Positions 30,428-40,393 are shown, counted from the first letter of the stretch. The stretch: 56,521 bases of DNA from an uncultured Methanospirillum sp. (GCA_964637135.1 CAZWTX010000015.1:1-56521), one strand, 5' to 3'. The notes: generated from the letters alone by a model not told the origin. Translations and numbers: made by a program.

Positions 30428-31363
30428 ATGATGAGAAGATCGTTGATTAGCATCGTGCTAATCGTTCTGGCAGTGATATCCGTCTGCAGTGTGGTTTCTG
30501 CAGAGAAAGTGACTGACCTAACCGGAGCAGAGCATTCCGCAGACCGGCTTTTAATCGGAACAACCACCAGTCTTGATGCCACCGGAGTGCTTGATGAGCT
30601 CGCCAAGAAGTTCTCTGATGAAAACAATATCAAGGTTGAGTGGGTGGCAGTCGGAACCGGCCAGGCCCTCAAATACGGAGAGAACGGAGATGTTGATGTT
30701 GTCATGGTCCATGACCGTGCAGCGGAAGACAAATTCCTTGATGCAGGATATGGAATTGACCGGCGTGTCATTGCATCCAACTACTTCATGGTCGGCGGTC
30801 CGGAGTCTGACCCGGCAAAGATCGCGGGAATGACCGCCAGTGAAGCCTTTGCAGCTATCGCTGAGGCCGGAGAGACCGATAACACGGTTATGTTTGTCTC
30901 CCGTGGTGATGCATCAGGAACCCACTCGCGTGAAAAGCTCATCTGGAAAACCGCCGGGTTTAATTACACCGATGTAAATTCCTCACCCTGGTATATCGAT
31001 GCTGCCGCAGGAATGGGACAGACCATCACCATGGCAGATGAGAAACAGGCATATACCCTTGCTGACACGGCGACCTGGAACTCAATGCAGAATGACATAG
31101 CACTTGTTCCACTCGTGACCGACGGTGAAGATCTTCTCAACATTTACGCGGTTATCATGGTAAATCCTGAAAAGTTCCCAGACGTTGCGATCAACACTGA
31201 TGCTGCCAAGAAATGGGTGAACTACCTTATCAGTGACGACACCCAGAAGGTAATCGGGGAGTTCGGCACTGAAAAGTTCGGAAAACCCCTCTTTGTTCCG
31301 GCAAAGGGAGATGCTGCAACCCTGAAAGTATCAGAAGAAGAGATCTCAAGCCCGGTAGAGTAA
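30428..31363 (+). CDS. tupA: Tungstate ABC transporter substrate-binding protein
   Basis: Signal peptide, TTTS motif, GTGQAL, DVVMVH, FVSRGDASGTH. Confidence 0.9.
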   Translation: MMRRSLISIVLIVLAVISVCSVVSAEKVTDLTGAEHSADRLLIGTTTSLDATGVLDELAKKFSDENNIKVEWVAVGTGQALKYGENGDVDVVMVHDRAAEDKFLDAGYGIDRRVIASNYFMVGGPESDPAKIAGMTASEAFAAIAEAGETDNTVMFVSRGDASGTHSREKLIWKTAGFNYTDVNSSPWYIDAAAGMGQTITMADEKQAYTLADTATWNSMQNDIALVPLVTDGEDLLNIYAVIMVNPEKFPDVAINTDAAKKWVNYLISDDTQKVIGEFGTEKFGKPLFVPAKGDAATLKVSEEEISSPVE

Positions 31364-31387
31364 TTCTGCCAAGGCCCCTTTTTTCCG

Positions 31388-32074
31388 ATGATTGATCTCT
31401 ATTCTGCGTTTCTCACCTCGATCACCTTTATTCTTACACTGAATCCGGATATTATTGAGATAACCTCAAAAACACTCCAGATCACCTTTACTTCGGTCTG
31501 TATCAGCACGCTCATTGCGCTCCCGCTCGGAACAGCCATCAATTTCATGGAATTCCGGGGAAAAAAGACCCTGATCAGTATTATCCAGACCCTCTATGCC
31601 CTTCCGACGGTCATCGTCGGTCTCCTCTGTTTCATGCTTCTCTCAAGAACCGGACCTCTGGGATTTCTTGGATTTCTCTTTACCCCGGGCGGCATGATCT
31701 TCGGGCAGACATTTCTCGTGGTTCCGATCATGACCGGACTGACTATTGCGGCCCTCCAGGGTATTAATCCGATTCTGACCGATACCATCCGTTCCCTGGG
31801 GGCAACCCGGTGGCAGTTCCTTGCCAGTCACCTCCGGGAAGCCAGGTTTACCATCATGGCAGCCGTGGTCATCGGGTTTTCACGGGCGTTATCAGAGGTC
31901 GGGGCGGCGATCATGATTGGAGGCAATATCAAGGGACACACCCGGGTCCTCACCACGGCGATATCCCTGCAGACCTCAATGGGCAATTTTGAACTGTCAC
32001 TCGCTCTCGGAATCATTCTCCTTGGTATTGCTCTTGTGATCAACCTGATTCTCGGATATCTCCAGCAGCGGTGA
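31388..32074 (+). CDS. tupB: Tungstate ABC transporter permease
   Basis: LPTVIVGL, SEVGAAIMIGGNI, TRVLTTAI. Confidence 0.9.
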   Translation: MIDLYSAFLTSITFILTLNPDIIEITSKTLQITFTSVCISTLIALPLGTAINFMEFRGKKTLISIIQTLYALPTVIVGLLCFMLLSRTGPLGFLGFLFTPGGMIFGQTFLVVPIMTGLTIAALQGINPILTDTIRSLGATRWQFLASHLREARFTIMAAVVIGFSRALSEVGAAIMIGGNIKGHTRVLTTAISLQTSMGNFELSLALGIILLGIALVINLILGYLQQR

Positions 32075-32077
32075 ACC

Positions 32078-33175
32078 ATGATACGACTGGACAATATTAC
32101 GAAAACATTCGGTGAAAAGGACGTGCTCCAGGGGATATCAGCCGAGATTTTTGCCGGACAGGTCTTCACGATCATCGGTCCGTCCGGACAGGGAAAGACC
32201 ACCCTGTTACGGCTGATCAATCTCCTTGATACCCCGTCACATGGTGAGATCTTCATCGACGGCATCCCGCTCAGAAAAGCCGGAGTTGACCGGACCGTCC
32301 TTCGCCGGCGGATGGGAATGGTATTTCAGACCCCAGTGGCCTTTAAAGAAACAGTATTTGAGAATATTGCCATCGGGCTGCGGTACAGGCATGTTTCATC
32401 CGCAGAGATCACCCGGAGGGTCCGGGAAAAACTGGACGAGATCGGTCTTTTAGGATATGAAAACCGAAAGGCTCACACCCTGTCGGGGGGAGAGATGCAA
32501 CGGGTCTCTCTTGCCCGGGTCATGATCACCGAACCGGATATTCTTCTCCTCGATGAACCGACGGCAAACCTTGACCCAATATCGACGGCGAAGATCGAGG
32601 AACTCATCAGGTATTATAACCGGGAGTGTGGCACGACGATTGTCATGTCTTCACATGACCTCTTCCAGGGGCAACGACTGGCTCACCGGATCGCCGTGAT
32701 GATGAATGGCAGGTTTATCCAGGCTGACGAGACCCTGAAAGTCTTTTCAGAGCCCCGGTCCGCTGAAGTTGCCCGGTTTATCGGGATTCGGAATGTTCTG
32801 AAAGGGACGGTGGTCGGTGCCGAAGACGGGATGACGCTTGTGGATCTGGGGGGTATCCGTGTCCGTGCCCTGAGTGCGGTTCAGACACGGGATGTGATGG
32901 TTGCCATTCGTCCGGAGGATATCACGATCTACAGCGAACCTGACGGGAAGATGAGTGCACGCAATATCCTCACCGGTACCGTTACCGAAATACGGCCGTA
33001 CGGCATCATCAGTCATGTTACTGTTGCCTGTAATGGGATTTCCCTTGCCGTTCAGGTCACCTGGCAGGCAATTCGCGATCTGGGTCTTGTCGACGGCCAG
33101 GAGGTCATGCTCTCGTTTAAAGCCCCGTCGGTCCATGTGATGCCGTCAGAAGAGCTGAATATACCAGATTCCTGA
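32078..33175 (+). CDS. tupC: Tungstate ABC transporter ATPase with C-terminal TOBE domains
   Basis: GPSGQGKT, LSGGE, LLLDEPT, SARNILTG. Confidence 0.9.
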   Translation: MIRLDNITKTFGEKDVLQGISAEIFAGQVFTIIGPSGQGKTTLLRLINLLDTPSHGEIFIDGIPLRKAGVDRTVLRRRMGMVFQTPVAFKETVFENIAIGLRYRHVSSAEITRRVREKLDEIGLLGYENRKAHTLSGGEMQRVSLARVMITEPDILLLDEPTANLDPISTAKIEELIRYYNRECGTTIVMSSHDLFQGQRLAHRIAVMMNGRFIQADETLKVFSEPRSAEVARFIGIRNVLKGTVVGAEDGMTLVDLGGIRVRALSAVQTRDVMVAIRPEDITIYSEPDGKMSARNILTGTVTEIRPYGIISHVTVACNGISLAVQVTWQAIRDLGLVDGQEVMLSFKAPSVHVMPSEELNIPDS

Positions 33176-33189
33176 TCCCCTTCTTTTTC
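33176..33189 (+). terminator. Pyrimidine/oligo-T terminator after tupC
   Basis: TCCCCTTCTTTTTC after the stop codon. Confidence 0.4.
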
Positions 33190-33218
33190 AGTAACCCGGG
33201 AGGAGGGTGCCGGTGAGG

Positions 33219-34034
33219 TTACCGGGCCCGGATGATCGTGCCGACATGCTCACCGTTGATTGCCCGGCTAATCATTCCCTTTTTATGGCCGTTGACAATC
33301 TGTACCGCGGGGATCGTCCTCGATTCAAGCATCAGTTCCAGGAGTTTTCGCTCCAGGACGAGATCTTCCATGTTTCGCTCGATGAGTTCACTGGCAGTGA
33401 TCTCCGGAATCAGCTCGGCATCCGGGTACTTGAGCGGGTGCCGGTCAAAGAGTCCGTCCACATTCTTGGCAAGGATACACCGTTTTGCCCCTAGTACTTC
33501 TGCGGCAAGAAACGCACCGGTATCAGTCCGGTGCGGGGGAATTCCCCCGTTTGACCGTTCCGACGGATGTTCGTACAGCCCGTACGGCGGAGTGCCGTGG
33601 GTGACCGGAAGAGCCCCCATTGCAAGGAGTGTTGGCAGTTCCAGAAGATCAGTCGTATGGATGCGTTTTGCCTTCCAGGGGGCAAGGAGTGTTGCCATCA
33701 TCAGGGCATTCTGCTCTGAGACTTTGCTCGTCAGTTCTGCGAGAATCCCGGTGGGCATTCCGAGATCAAGCCCGATATCCATCATATGGCGGACCCTGAC
33801 GCCGCCGCCGGTTATGATGAGCATCTGGTGATGTTCAGAGAGGGTTCCCAGTTCTTCCACGAGCGGGAGTACCACTTCCCGGCCGTAATCGATGATCCCG
33901 TGCCCGCCGATCTTGACAACATTCAGTTCAGGAAGAATTTTAACGAGGGGACGTTCTTTGTACCGATCGAAGAGCCCCTTACTGACCAGTGTTTCGCCCT
34001 GAAGTTTATTTTGAATATCATGTCTTTCGTGCAT
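33219..34034 (-). CDS. Molybdenum storage protein (MosA/MosB-like, amino-acid-kinase fold)
   Basis: VVKIGGHGIIDYG, TGGGVRVRH, EQNA, PPYGLY, IPPHRTDTGAFL, GEHVGTII resemble MoSto subunits; start ATG at 34034. Confidence 0.8.
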   Translation of the reverse strand: MHERHDIQNKLQGETLVSKGLFDRYKERPLVKILPELNVVKIGGHGIIDYGREVVLPLVEELGTLSEHHQMLIITGGGVRVRHMMDIGLDLGMPTGILAELTSKVSEQNALMMATLLAPWKAKRIHTTDLLELPTLLAMGALPVTHGTPPYGLYEHPSERSNGGIPPHRTDTGAFLAAEVLGAKRCILAKNVDGLFDRHPLKYPDAELIPEITASELIERNMEDLVLERKLLELMLESRTIPAVQIVNGHKKGMISRAINGEHVGTIIRAR

Positions 34035-34082
34035 CCGGTACCTCAATAGTATTAAGTACCGGGCGGGAGTATAGATATAGTA

Positions 34083-34122
34083 TCGGCAAACCAATTGGTA
34101 TATCCAATTGATATAATGCCGA
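34083..34122. promoter_or_regulatory. Palindromic operator candidate in divergent promoter
   Basis: CAATTGG-TATAT-CCAATTG (34092-34110) nested inside TCGGCA...TGCCGA. Confidence 0.5.
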
Positions 34123-34139
34123 ACCACGAGGTGAAACAG

Positions 34140-34343
34140 ATGAAGATCTATGTACGGGAACGCCAGAAGGTCGGAGAAGGTGTAAGGCAGCCGCAGTTCA
34201 GAGTAGTGGCCGTAACCGGCGGGCAACTTCAGATCGAGGCAACCCATTTCAGAAAGGTTGAGATCGAGTTGATCGCAAAGGATGCCGGAGCCGAACTTGT
34301 CTTCCTTGAACCGGTTCCTGATGAAGAGAAGAAAAAACACTAA
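34140..34343 (+). CDS. Small hypothetical protein (67 aa)
   Basis: ATG after GAGGTG; clean ORF divergent from the storage-protein gene. Confidence 0.7.
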   Translation: MKIYVRERQKVGEGVRQPQFRVVAVTGGQLQIEATHFRKVEIELIAKDAGAELVFLEPVPDEEKKKH

Positions 34344-34390
34344 CTTTTTACTCCGGGACATCTCACCTGACTTACGGGCTGCGGAAGATT

Positions 34391-34741
34391 ATGGCTGATC
34401 TATCTATTGATGGTCTCTTTACGGCAGCTGTATCCATGGCACTGACCCAGGACCATGCCATGACGCTTACGTTTGCTGAGACGGGAATGCGAATCCGGTT
34501 TCCCACAACAAGACGGCTGGCAGAGCACTTTCAGGTACCCCATTATTATATCCTTCCCTATTTTGCCATGATGGAAGAGCAGGACCTGATACGAAGGGAA
34601 GAGCGGGTAGGAATCCACACGACCCATACCGGCTCGGTGAAGATCGTCAGGATCATGCAACAGGATTTTTCAAAGGAAAGTATTGCATTGCTCGGTCCTG
34701 GCATGTTCAGGGAGATCTGTGCCCTCGCTGATCCGGATTGA
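34391..34741 (+). CDS. Small GntR-like winged-helix protein
   Basis: FPTTRRLAEHFQV...MEEQDLIRREERVG resembles the GntR HTH pattern. Confidence 0.6.
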   Translation: MADLSIDGLFTAAVSMALTQDHAMTLTFAETGMRIRFPTTRRLAEHFQVPHYYILPYFAMMEEQDLIRREERVGIHTTHTGSVKIVRIMQQDFSKESIALLGPGMFREICALADPD

Positions 34742-34878
34742 TGCCTCACTCCGGTTTCCCGGGTCGATTCCGGCACACCGATTCATATTTTCCCGAAAAC
34801 CCGGAACCCGGTATGAGAAGAGGGTGACAGAAGATCTCCGGTGTATGATGAGAAGATCTCCGCCACACTAGATACTGA

Positions 34879-34896
34879 TTATATCAGTTGATATAA
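34879..34896. promoter_or_regulatory. Inverted repeat TTATATCA-GT-TGATATAA
   Basis: Perfect 8-bp arms; similar to 34099-34116. Confidence 0.45.
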
Positions 34897-34959
34897 CTTC
34901 TGGTTTATCTGGTGAGGTCAGCCCGGAACACTATCTCCTTCTCCCCTCCGGGATCGGTA

Positions 34960-36825
34960 TCATGACTTCCTTTTTGCCGCGGTTTTCTGGTTACAGTATC
35001 GTATCGTCCCGGTTTCACCGGTCTCATACCCCCCGAGATGGATGAGTACCTCCTGGTATCTCCGGGAGGCAATGATCTCCGCAATTGTCCTGATATGCGG
35101 GTCATGTTCGAACAACCGTTTCGTGGTGACGAGCTCATACCGTTCAACGCCCACCTCGATGAATGGGAGTGACAATGAAAGGGCTGCTCCATATACGGTC
35201 ATCCCGAGATCAGCATCTCCGGATTTTACGGCCTGGCAGACCGCAAGATGGCTCGTGACTTCGGTATGATACCCGTCTACCTGATCCGGGGAGATTCTCT
35301 TCTGTTCAAGCAGGTAATCAAGAAGCATCCGGGTTCCTGAACCCTGCTGCCGGTTAATAAACCGATACCTCGTAATATCGTCAAACCCAAGGATTTCGCG
35401 GGATACCATCCCCTGCATCCGTTCCCCGACACAGATCAGGACGAGTTCTTCATCAGGGAAATACTTCTGGAGATATGGGATATTGTACTCGCCATTTCCG
35501 GCAAGGAGATGCATGGGGGCCAGGTGACAATCACCCCGTTTCAGGGCGAGTAATCCGTCCATACTCCCGACATGGGCAGAAGCGATCCGAATACCCTGTT
35601 TTCTGACAAGATCGGCAAGGTAATCGATGGAGGGATCATGACTCCCGGTGATCAGGACCATCTGTTCTGCTTCCTGTTCCGGCACGGTGAGTACGGCGTG
35701 AACCTCTCTCCCGATCGTACCTGCTTTCTGGTCAGCGGGTATCTTCAGGCAGGCATTGGATCTGACCAGGTTCATCTGGATTCCCGGGCCGTAGGACAGG
35801 GGGACGGCGATCCATGCATTCCGGACCTTTCCGACCGTTACCAGAACAAACTGATCTGTGCCGGGAGAGGAGGGGATCGTACCGGCCAGTCGGGCAGTGA
35901 TTTCTGCATGTTCCGGCATATTGAATCCATACCATTCCAGAACCGGTCTGAGAATCTCGCGAAGAACGGTATGGCAGGCAATAGGATATCCGGGCAGTCC
36001 GATGACCGGCCGGGAATTAATATCCCCGACAATCACCCGTTTTCCCGGTTTTATTGCTAACCCACGGACGATGACCGAACCGAGATCGGCGATGATCGCT
36101 GCAATCATGTCAGTTGCCTCATGGGACGAACCGGCAGAGATGAGTATAAGATCGTGATCGATGGCAGCCTCCTTGATTGCTGCCCGAATCATCCCCTGTT
36201 CAGCAGGAACCGGGGAGATCGGTGCGGAAATCCCTGCATCTGTGAGAAATGCTGCTGCCATGTGGATACCGCCCGCTCCTTCCTGTCCGGCCGTCGTGAT
36301 CCCGCTTCCGGTGAGAATGAGGGCCACCCTGAGATCAAGAACCGGTATCTCATGAATACCGAACTGTACCAACGCCCCGATCTCTTCGGCCCGGATCCGG
36401 GAGAGGCAGGGAAGGATCATCTCTGTGGCGGTAATCTCTTCACCGATCGGCCGGATATGCTGCCACGGACGAGCCGGGGTTCGGATCAGATATCCCTCTT
36501 CTCCCTCCTCACCATCCTCGATTCGGATAACCGCATCAAAGCGTTCATCAATGACATTCCCGGTGTTCACCCGGCAATAATCAGTCACCTGGATCGGATT
36601 CTTCCTGGTGGCACCGGTGGTATCCCGGCTTTTCACCGCCATCCCGGCCACCGCTGAACGGTGGGCAGACGGTATCGATACGGGAGAAATGATCGCTTCA
36701 GCAGTGGTCTTTCCATAGGCATCCTGAACCGGGACAGAGCGGACCCGGGGGGTGAAGGTGAACCGGTTCTGAATAAGGGTCCGTGCATCATCCAGGGAGG
36801 GCAGCGTACGGTGCCGGGGTGGCAT
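34960..36825 (-). CDS. moeA: MoeA-PBP fusion paralog with degenerate catalytic motifs
   Basis: MoeA domains plus C-terminal PBP domain (GSHD, VGSMDGL, FINRQQGSGTR). ATG at 36825 follows GAGGAG; alternative GTG start at 36843. Confidence 0.85.
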   Translation of the reverse strand: MPPRHRTLPSLDDARTLIQNRFTFTPRVRSVPVQDAYGKTTAEAIISPVSIPSAHRSAVAGMAVKSRDTTGATRKNPIQVTDYCRVNTGNVIDERFDAVIRIEDGEEGEEGYLIRTPARPWQHIRPIGEEITATEMILPCLSRIRAEEIGALVQFGIHEIPVLDLRVALILTGSGITTAGQEGAGGIHMAAAFLTDAGISAPISPVPAEQGMIRAAIKEAAIDHDLILISAGSSHEATDMIAAIIADLGSVIVRGLAIKPGKRVIVGDINSRPVIGLPGYPIACHTVLREILRPVLEWYGFNMPEHAEITARLAGTIPSSPGTDQFVLVTVGKVRNAWIAVPLSYGPGIQMNLVRSNACLKIPADQKAGTIGREVHAVLTVPEQEAEQMVLITGSHDPSIDYLADLVRKQGIRIASAHVGSMDGLLALKRGDCHLAPMHLLAGNGEYNIPYLQKYFPDEELVLICVGERMQGMVSREILGFDDITRYRFINRQQGSGTRMLLDYLLEQKRISPDQVDGYHTEVTSHLAVCQAVKSGDADLGMTVYGAALSLSLPFIEVGVERYELVTTKRLFEHDPHIRTIAEIIASRRYQEVLIHLGGYETGETGTIRYCNQKTAAKRKS

Positions 36826-36836
36826 ATCTCCTCTGT

Positions 36837-38039
36837 TCACCACAACAGTACCTCGACCAGCGACCCTGCTTCGTATCCTTCCACTGATCCGGGAATCCGG
36901 ATAACCCCGTCACTGTCAAGAAGAGTATTGGTCAGGCCGGATTTTCCAAGAACCGGTATCACCTCCGGACCGGCAAGCAGGGCCCTGACATAATCTTCCC
37001 GTCCCTGTACTGACCTGAGTGGTGTCTTCAGGCGGGAAAAAACATGTTTTTCTGAACCGGTTCTCTTCATCATCGCAGCGATCAGTTCCCGAACGATGAC
37101 AAGGAGGATCACATATGCCGAAGCCGGATGCCCCGGGAGACCAATAACCACTTTCCCGTCAATAGCTCCGACAATGGTCGGTTTTCCGGGAGATATGGCG
37201 ATACCGTGAATGAGCACCGCTCCCCGGGAGGCAATGATGTCAGCACACATATCCCGCTCTCCCTTGGAACTCCCCCCTGAGATGAGAACGGCATCACAGG
37301 ATGCTACGGCTGTATCGAGTGCCCGGGTGAGAGCGGATGCCTCATCCGGAACGATACCGTACCCCACCGGGATCGCTCCTTCTTCAGAGACAAACCCGGC
37401 ACAGAGGTACGAGTTGACATCACGAATCTGTCCCCCGGCCGGGATGGTATGTACCGGTACCAGTTCATTTCCTGTCGAGATGATCCCGATCCGGGGGCGG
37501 GATGAGGCGAGAACAGAAGATAATCCACAGGCGGCAAGGACGCCTGCCACCCGCGATGATATCGGTGTTCCGGCCTGAACGGCGATTCTGTCAGATCCAA
37601 AGTCTTCTCCCCGGAGGATGACGTTCTCCCCCGGTGCAACCGGCCGGTGAACCAGGATCTGATGGCCGAGTTCTTCACAGTACTCAATCATCGCGACAGC
37701 ATCTGCATGCGGGGGAAGGGATGCTCCGGTCGGTGTATACACACAGGTTCCGGGCAGAACCGGCCGCTCGCTGGCATCCCCCATACCGATTCGTTCGGTT
37801 AATTTCAGCATTGATGGAAGGGCTTCTCCCGCACCGGTGGTGTCAGACGACCTGACCGCGTATCCATCAACGGTGGATCGGTTGAATCCGGGAATATCGA
37901 CATCCGGAGAGATGTCTTCGGCGAGTACCCGTCCGCAGGCATCCGCAAGGTCGATTCGTTCTCCGGGGACGGGGGAAGCGATCATCCGCACGGTGTCCAC
38001 CGCCTCGGAAACGGGGATCACGGAGAGAAATCTGCTCAT
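36837..38039 (-). CDS. moeA: Molybdopterin molybdotransferase MoeA
   Basis: STVDGYAV, STGNEL, RDVN, SGGSSKGERD, PGKP, GLPGHP. Confidence 0.95.
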   Translation of the reverse strand: MSRFLSVIPVSEAVDTVRMIASPVPGERIDLADACGRVLAEDISPDVDIPGFNRSTVDGYAVRSSDTTGAGEALPSMLKLTERIGMGDASERPVLPGTCVYTPTGASLPPHADAVAMIEYCEELGHQILVHRPVAPGENVILRGEDFGSDRIAVQAGTPISSRVAGVLAACGLSSVLASSRPRIGIISTGNELVPVHTIPAGGQIRDVNSYLCAGFVSEEGAIPVGYGIVPDEASALTRALDTAVASCDAVLISGGSSKGERDMCADIIASRGAVLIHGIAISPGKPTIVGAIDGKVVIGLPGHPASAYVILLVIVRELIAAMMKRTGSEKHVFSRLKTPLRSVQGREDYVRALLAGPEVIPVLGKSGLTNTLLDSDGVIRIPGSVEGYEAGSLVEVLLW

Positions 38040-38559
38040 CTAAAACAACCTAACTGGCAGGCGCGTATCTTTATTTCGTTTTCCTGGCAGAATGTTCCTA
38101 TTTCAGAGACCGGGATATGGTATTGTTCTGCAAGAGAGAATATCCTGGTGCAGGTGATGTCGCTCATAATCCCTTCCTGTCTGAATACGGTCCGGATATG
38201 ATCGCTGTCCATGCACCATCATTCATCCTCCGTGCACAAGGTCATACCGGTCCCTCGTATGGAATGATGGATTATGCCCGGTATCCTGGCTCAGATCTTC
38301 CGTTCAGGTGCAGGTGTATCCTTCAGGCCAGGAGCATCCTTTTGTTCCTGAGAATGAGAATGACGATCTGGTTCTTGTATGGCACCATAAATAAGAATCT
38401 TGAAATGAGCGTGGACTGATACTGGTATTGTGCATCGCATGTGAATACCGGGACCATCGCTCACGTCGGTATGCCGATCCGGATTCCCTGCCGTATGATT
38501 TCTGGGGATCCACCTCATCCCCGGCCTGCGGGAATGTACCGGACTATCCAGGAAATTCC

Positions 38560-39108
38560 GTGAAAGTAATAAAAATTCCATCCCTTCTCTCCCAGGTCAT
38601 CGTTGCCGCCCTCACCGGAATCGACATGATGGAGTTTACGATCCGTGAGGAGTGTCAGTACTGCCGGGGACCCGTCAAGTTTCATGACATCAGGGCGAAG
38701 CGGTTTGCCACGGTTATTGAGAAGGGAGAGAAGAGAAATATCAATATCCGCGTGTACCGGTATTACTGCCAGGATTGTGGAAAACTCTGTTATGCCCGTG
38801 CTCCTTTTTACCCGAATACGAAGTTTGGATCCCCGGTTGCGGATCTATGCACCACTCTTGCATGGGAGCACCCGTTTAACCATGTGGCAAAAATCCTGCA
38901 GATGATCGGGATCGTTATCGATCGGGGCACTATCAGGAACTTCTCCTGCTATGAAATCCCCCCCGTCAGTTATTCCAAGATATACGGACTTCCCATCCCC
39001 CTGTCCATCTGTTACCTCTCAGACCTCTTCTCCAGAAATGTCTGGAATTATACGGTAACTCAGGAAGAGATCCTTGAAGTCTGTGGATTTTTGGTAAAAG
39101 AGGAGTGA
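38560..39108 (+). CDS. Zinc-ribbon + HTH-like hypothetical protein
   Basis: CQYC...RYYCQDCGK, then FNHVAKILQMIGIVIDRGTIRN; start uncertain (38428 or 38560). Confidence 0.65.
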   Translation: MKVIKIPSLLSQVIVAALTGIDMMEFTIREECQYCRGPVKFHDIRAKRFATVIEKGEKRNINIRVYRYYCQDCGKLCYARAPFYPNTKFGSPVADLCTTLAWEHPFNHVAKILQMIGIVIDRGTIRNFSCYEIPPVSYSKIYGLPIPLSICYLSDLFSRNVWNYTVTQEEILEVCGFLVKEE

Positions 39109-39139
39109 TGAGTACAGATGAGGAGAGATGCGTTCAGGG

Positions 39140-40393
39140 TTATCCCCCATACCCTTCTGGTTCCCGGAACATCTCGATCATTTTGTCAAAGGTATTCCCG
39201 TAATTCCGGTCGCTCTCCTCATGTTCATTCATTTTCGCAATAACCGGTTTTCCTGCCCGTTCCCCGGCATGGTACCCGAACATCACCTCCAGTTCAACCT
39301 GCAGGGCATGGAGATAAAGTGAGTTTGGAATTTCCATGGGACACCGGTCCTCGCACTGGCCGCAATTCACACATGAATCCCCGATATGCGAAACCCGGAT
39401 AAGGTGAAACATAAACGGAGGAGGTATCTGCCCTGGTTTTACGAGCCATGACTGTTTTATCCTGCAGTCAGTACAGATACACATCGGGCAGGCCTCAGTA
39501 CACTGGTAACACTTGATGCACCGGGACATGTCCCGCATCATGTGCTGGAGGAGAGAATCACCGACGATTTTTGAGAACTGTTCTGCCCGGTTTTTTGCAT
39601 TGATCGCCTTCATCGCCGTCTCGACCCGGCTTCGTGCTTCAATCCCCCTCTGTTCTGCGGCTTCAATGGTGATATTGCCGGAATCGATAGATGATGCAAT
39701 GGCCTGGGCACCTTTTTTACTGCAGACCTCGATACAGGTAGTATTACCTGAATAGTCCCCGATTACCCCCCAGTCTCCACACACAATGTCACATTGCCGG
39801 GGTATCTTAGTATCACATCGCTGGCAGCATACCCGCCGGCCATACCCTTCTGTTTCAAGATCCTCTATCGGGAGGGCTTTTGTGACGGTATCGGTCTGAA
39901 CATGGTATTTTCCTTCCGAAAAGGAGATGTTCAGGACGGTATCAGGGTCAAGGCCAAACTTCTCTGCCACCATTCGTCGTGCTGTCAGCGGGTGAATCGT
40001 ACCGCTGCAGTTCAGGCCGATAAGGATGATATTATCAAGATTGATCCGGTTTCGTTTAGACAGTTCGATGATTGCCTTCGCCTCACATCCCTTCGCGACC
40101 ACGGCAAGGCGGTGATCCGGGTGTTCCTGCAGGTATTTCATGAGGAATTTTGCCGTAGAAATGGTTCCGCAATACCGGGACCCCGAACATGACCGAAGCA
40201 GAAGAGGATCCGTGATGATCTCCACCCGGGCATCATAGATATCCGCCCCCCTGCAGAGAACACAAACGGCATCAACATCTCCTGAGGAGAGGAGATGCAT
40301 CAACAGACCGGTGACAAATCCTCCTGAAGATCCTGCCTCCCTGGTGCCGGGATCACTCGCCCATGCATAGAAGATTTCTCCAGGACGGATCAT
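39140..40393 (-). CDS. fdhB: F420-dependent formate dehydrogenase beta subunit (set 1)
   Basis: FrhB-like N-terminus (GGFVT, KGCE, IGLNC), RCIKCYQCTEACPMC, CVNCGQCEDRCP. Confidence 0.92.
   Translation of the reverse strand: MIRPGEIFYAWASDPGTREAGSSGGFVTGLLMHLLSSGDVDAVCVLCRGADIYDARVEIITDPLLLRSCSGSRYCGTISTAKFLMKYLQEHPDHRLAVVAKGCEAKAIIELSKRNRINLDNIILIGLNCSGTIHPLTARRMVAEKFGLDPDTVLNISFSEGKYHVQTDTVTKALPIEDLETEGYGRRVCCQRCDTKIPRQCDIVCGDWGVIGDYSGNTTCIEVCSKKGAQAIASSIDSGNITIEAAEQRGIEARSRVETAMKAINAKNRAEQFSKIVGDSLLQHMMRDMSRCIKCYQCTEACPMCICTDCRIKQSWLVKPGQIPPPFMFHLIRVSHIGDSCVNCGQCEDRCPMEIPNSLYLHALQVELEVMFGYHAGERAGKPVIAKMNEHEESDRNYGNTFDKMIEMFREPEGYGG

Noticed and set aside
34035..34361. N-terminal extension of the 380-aa ORF 33219-34361
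   Set aside because: Antisense to the 67-aa gene and spans the divergent promoter; storage-protein similarity starts at ATG 34034.
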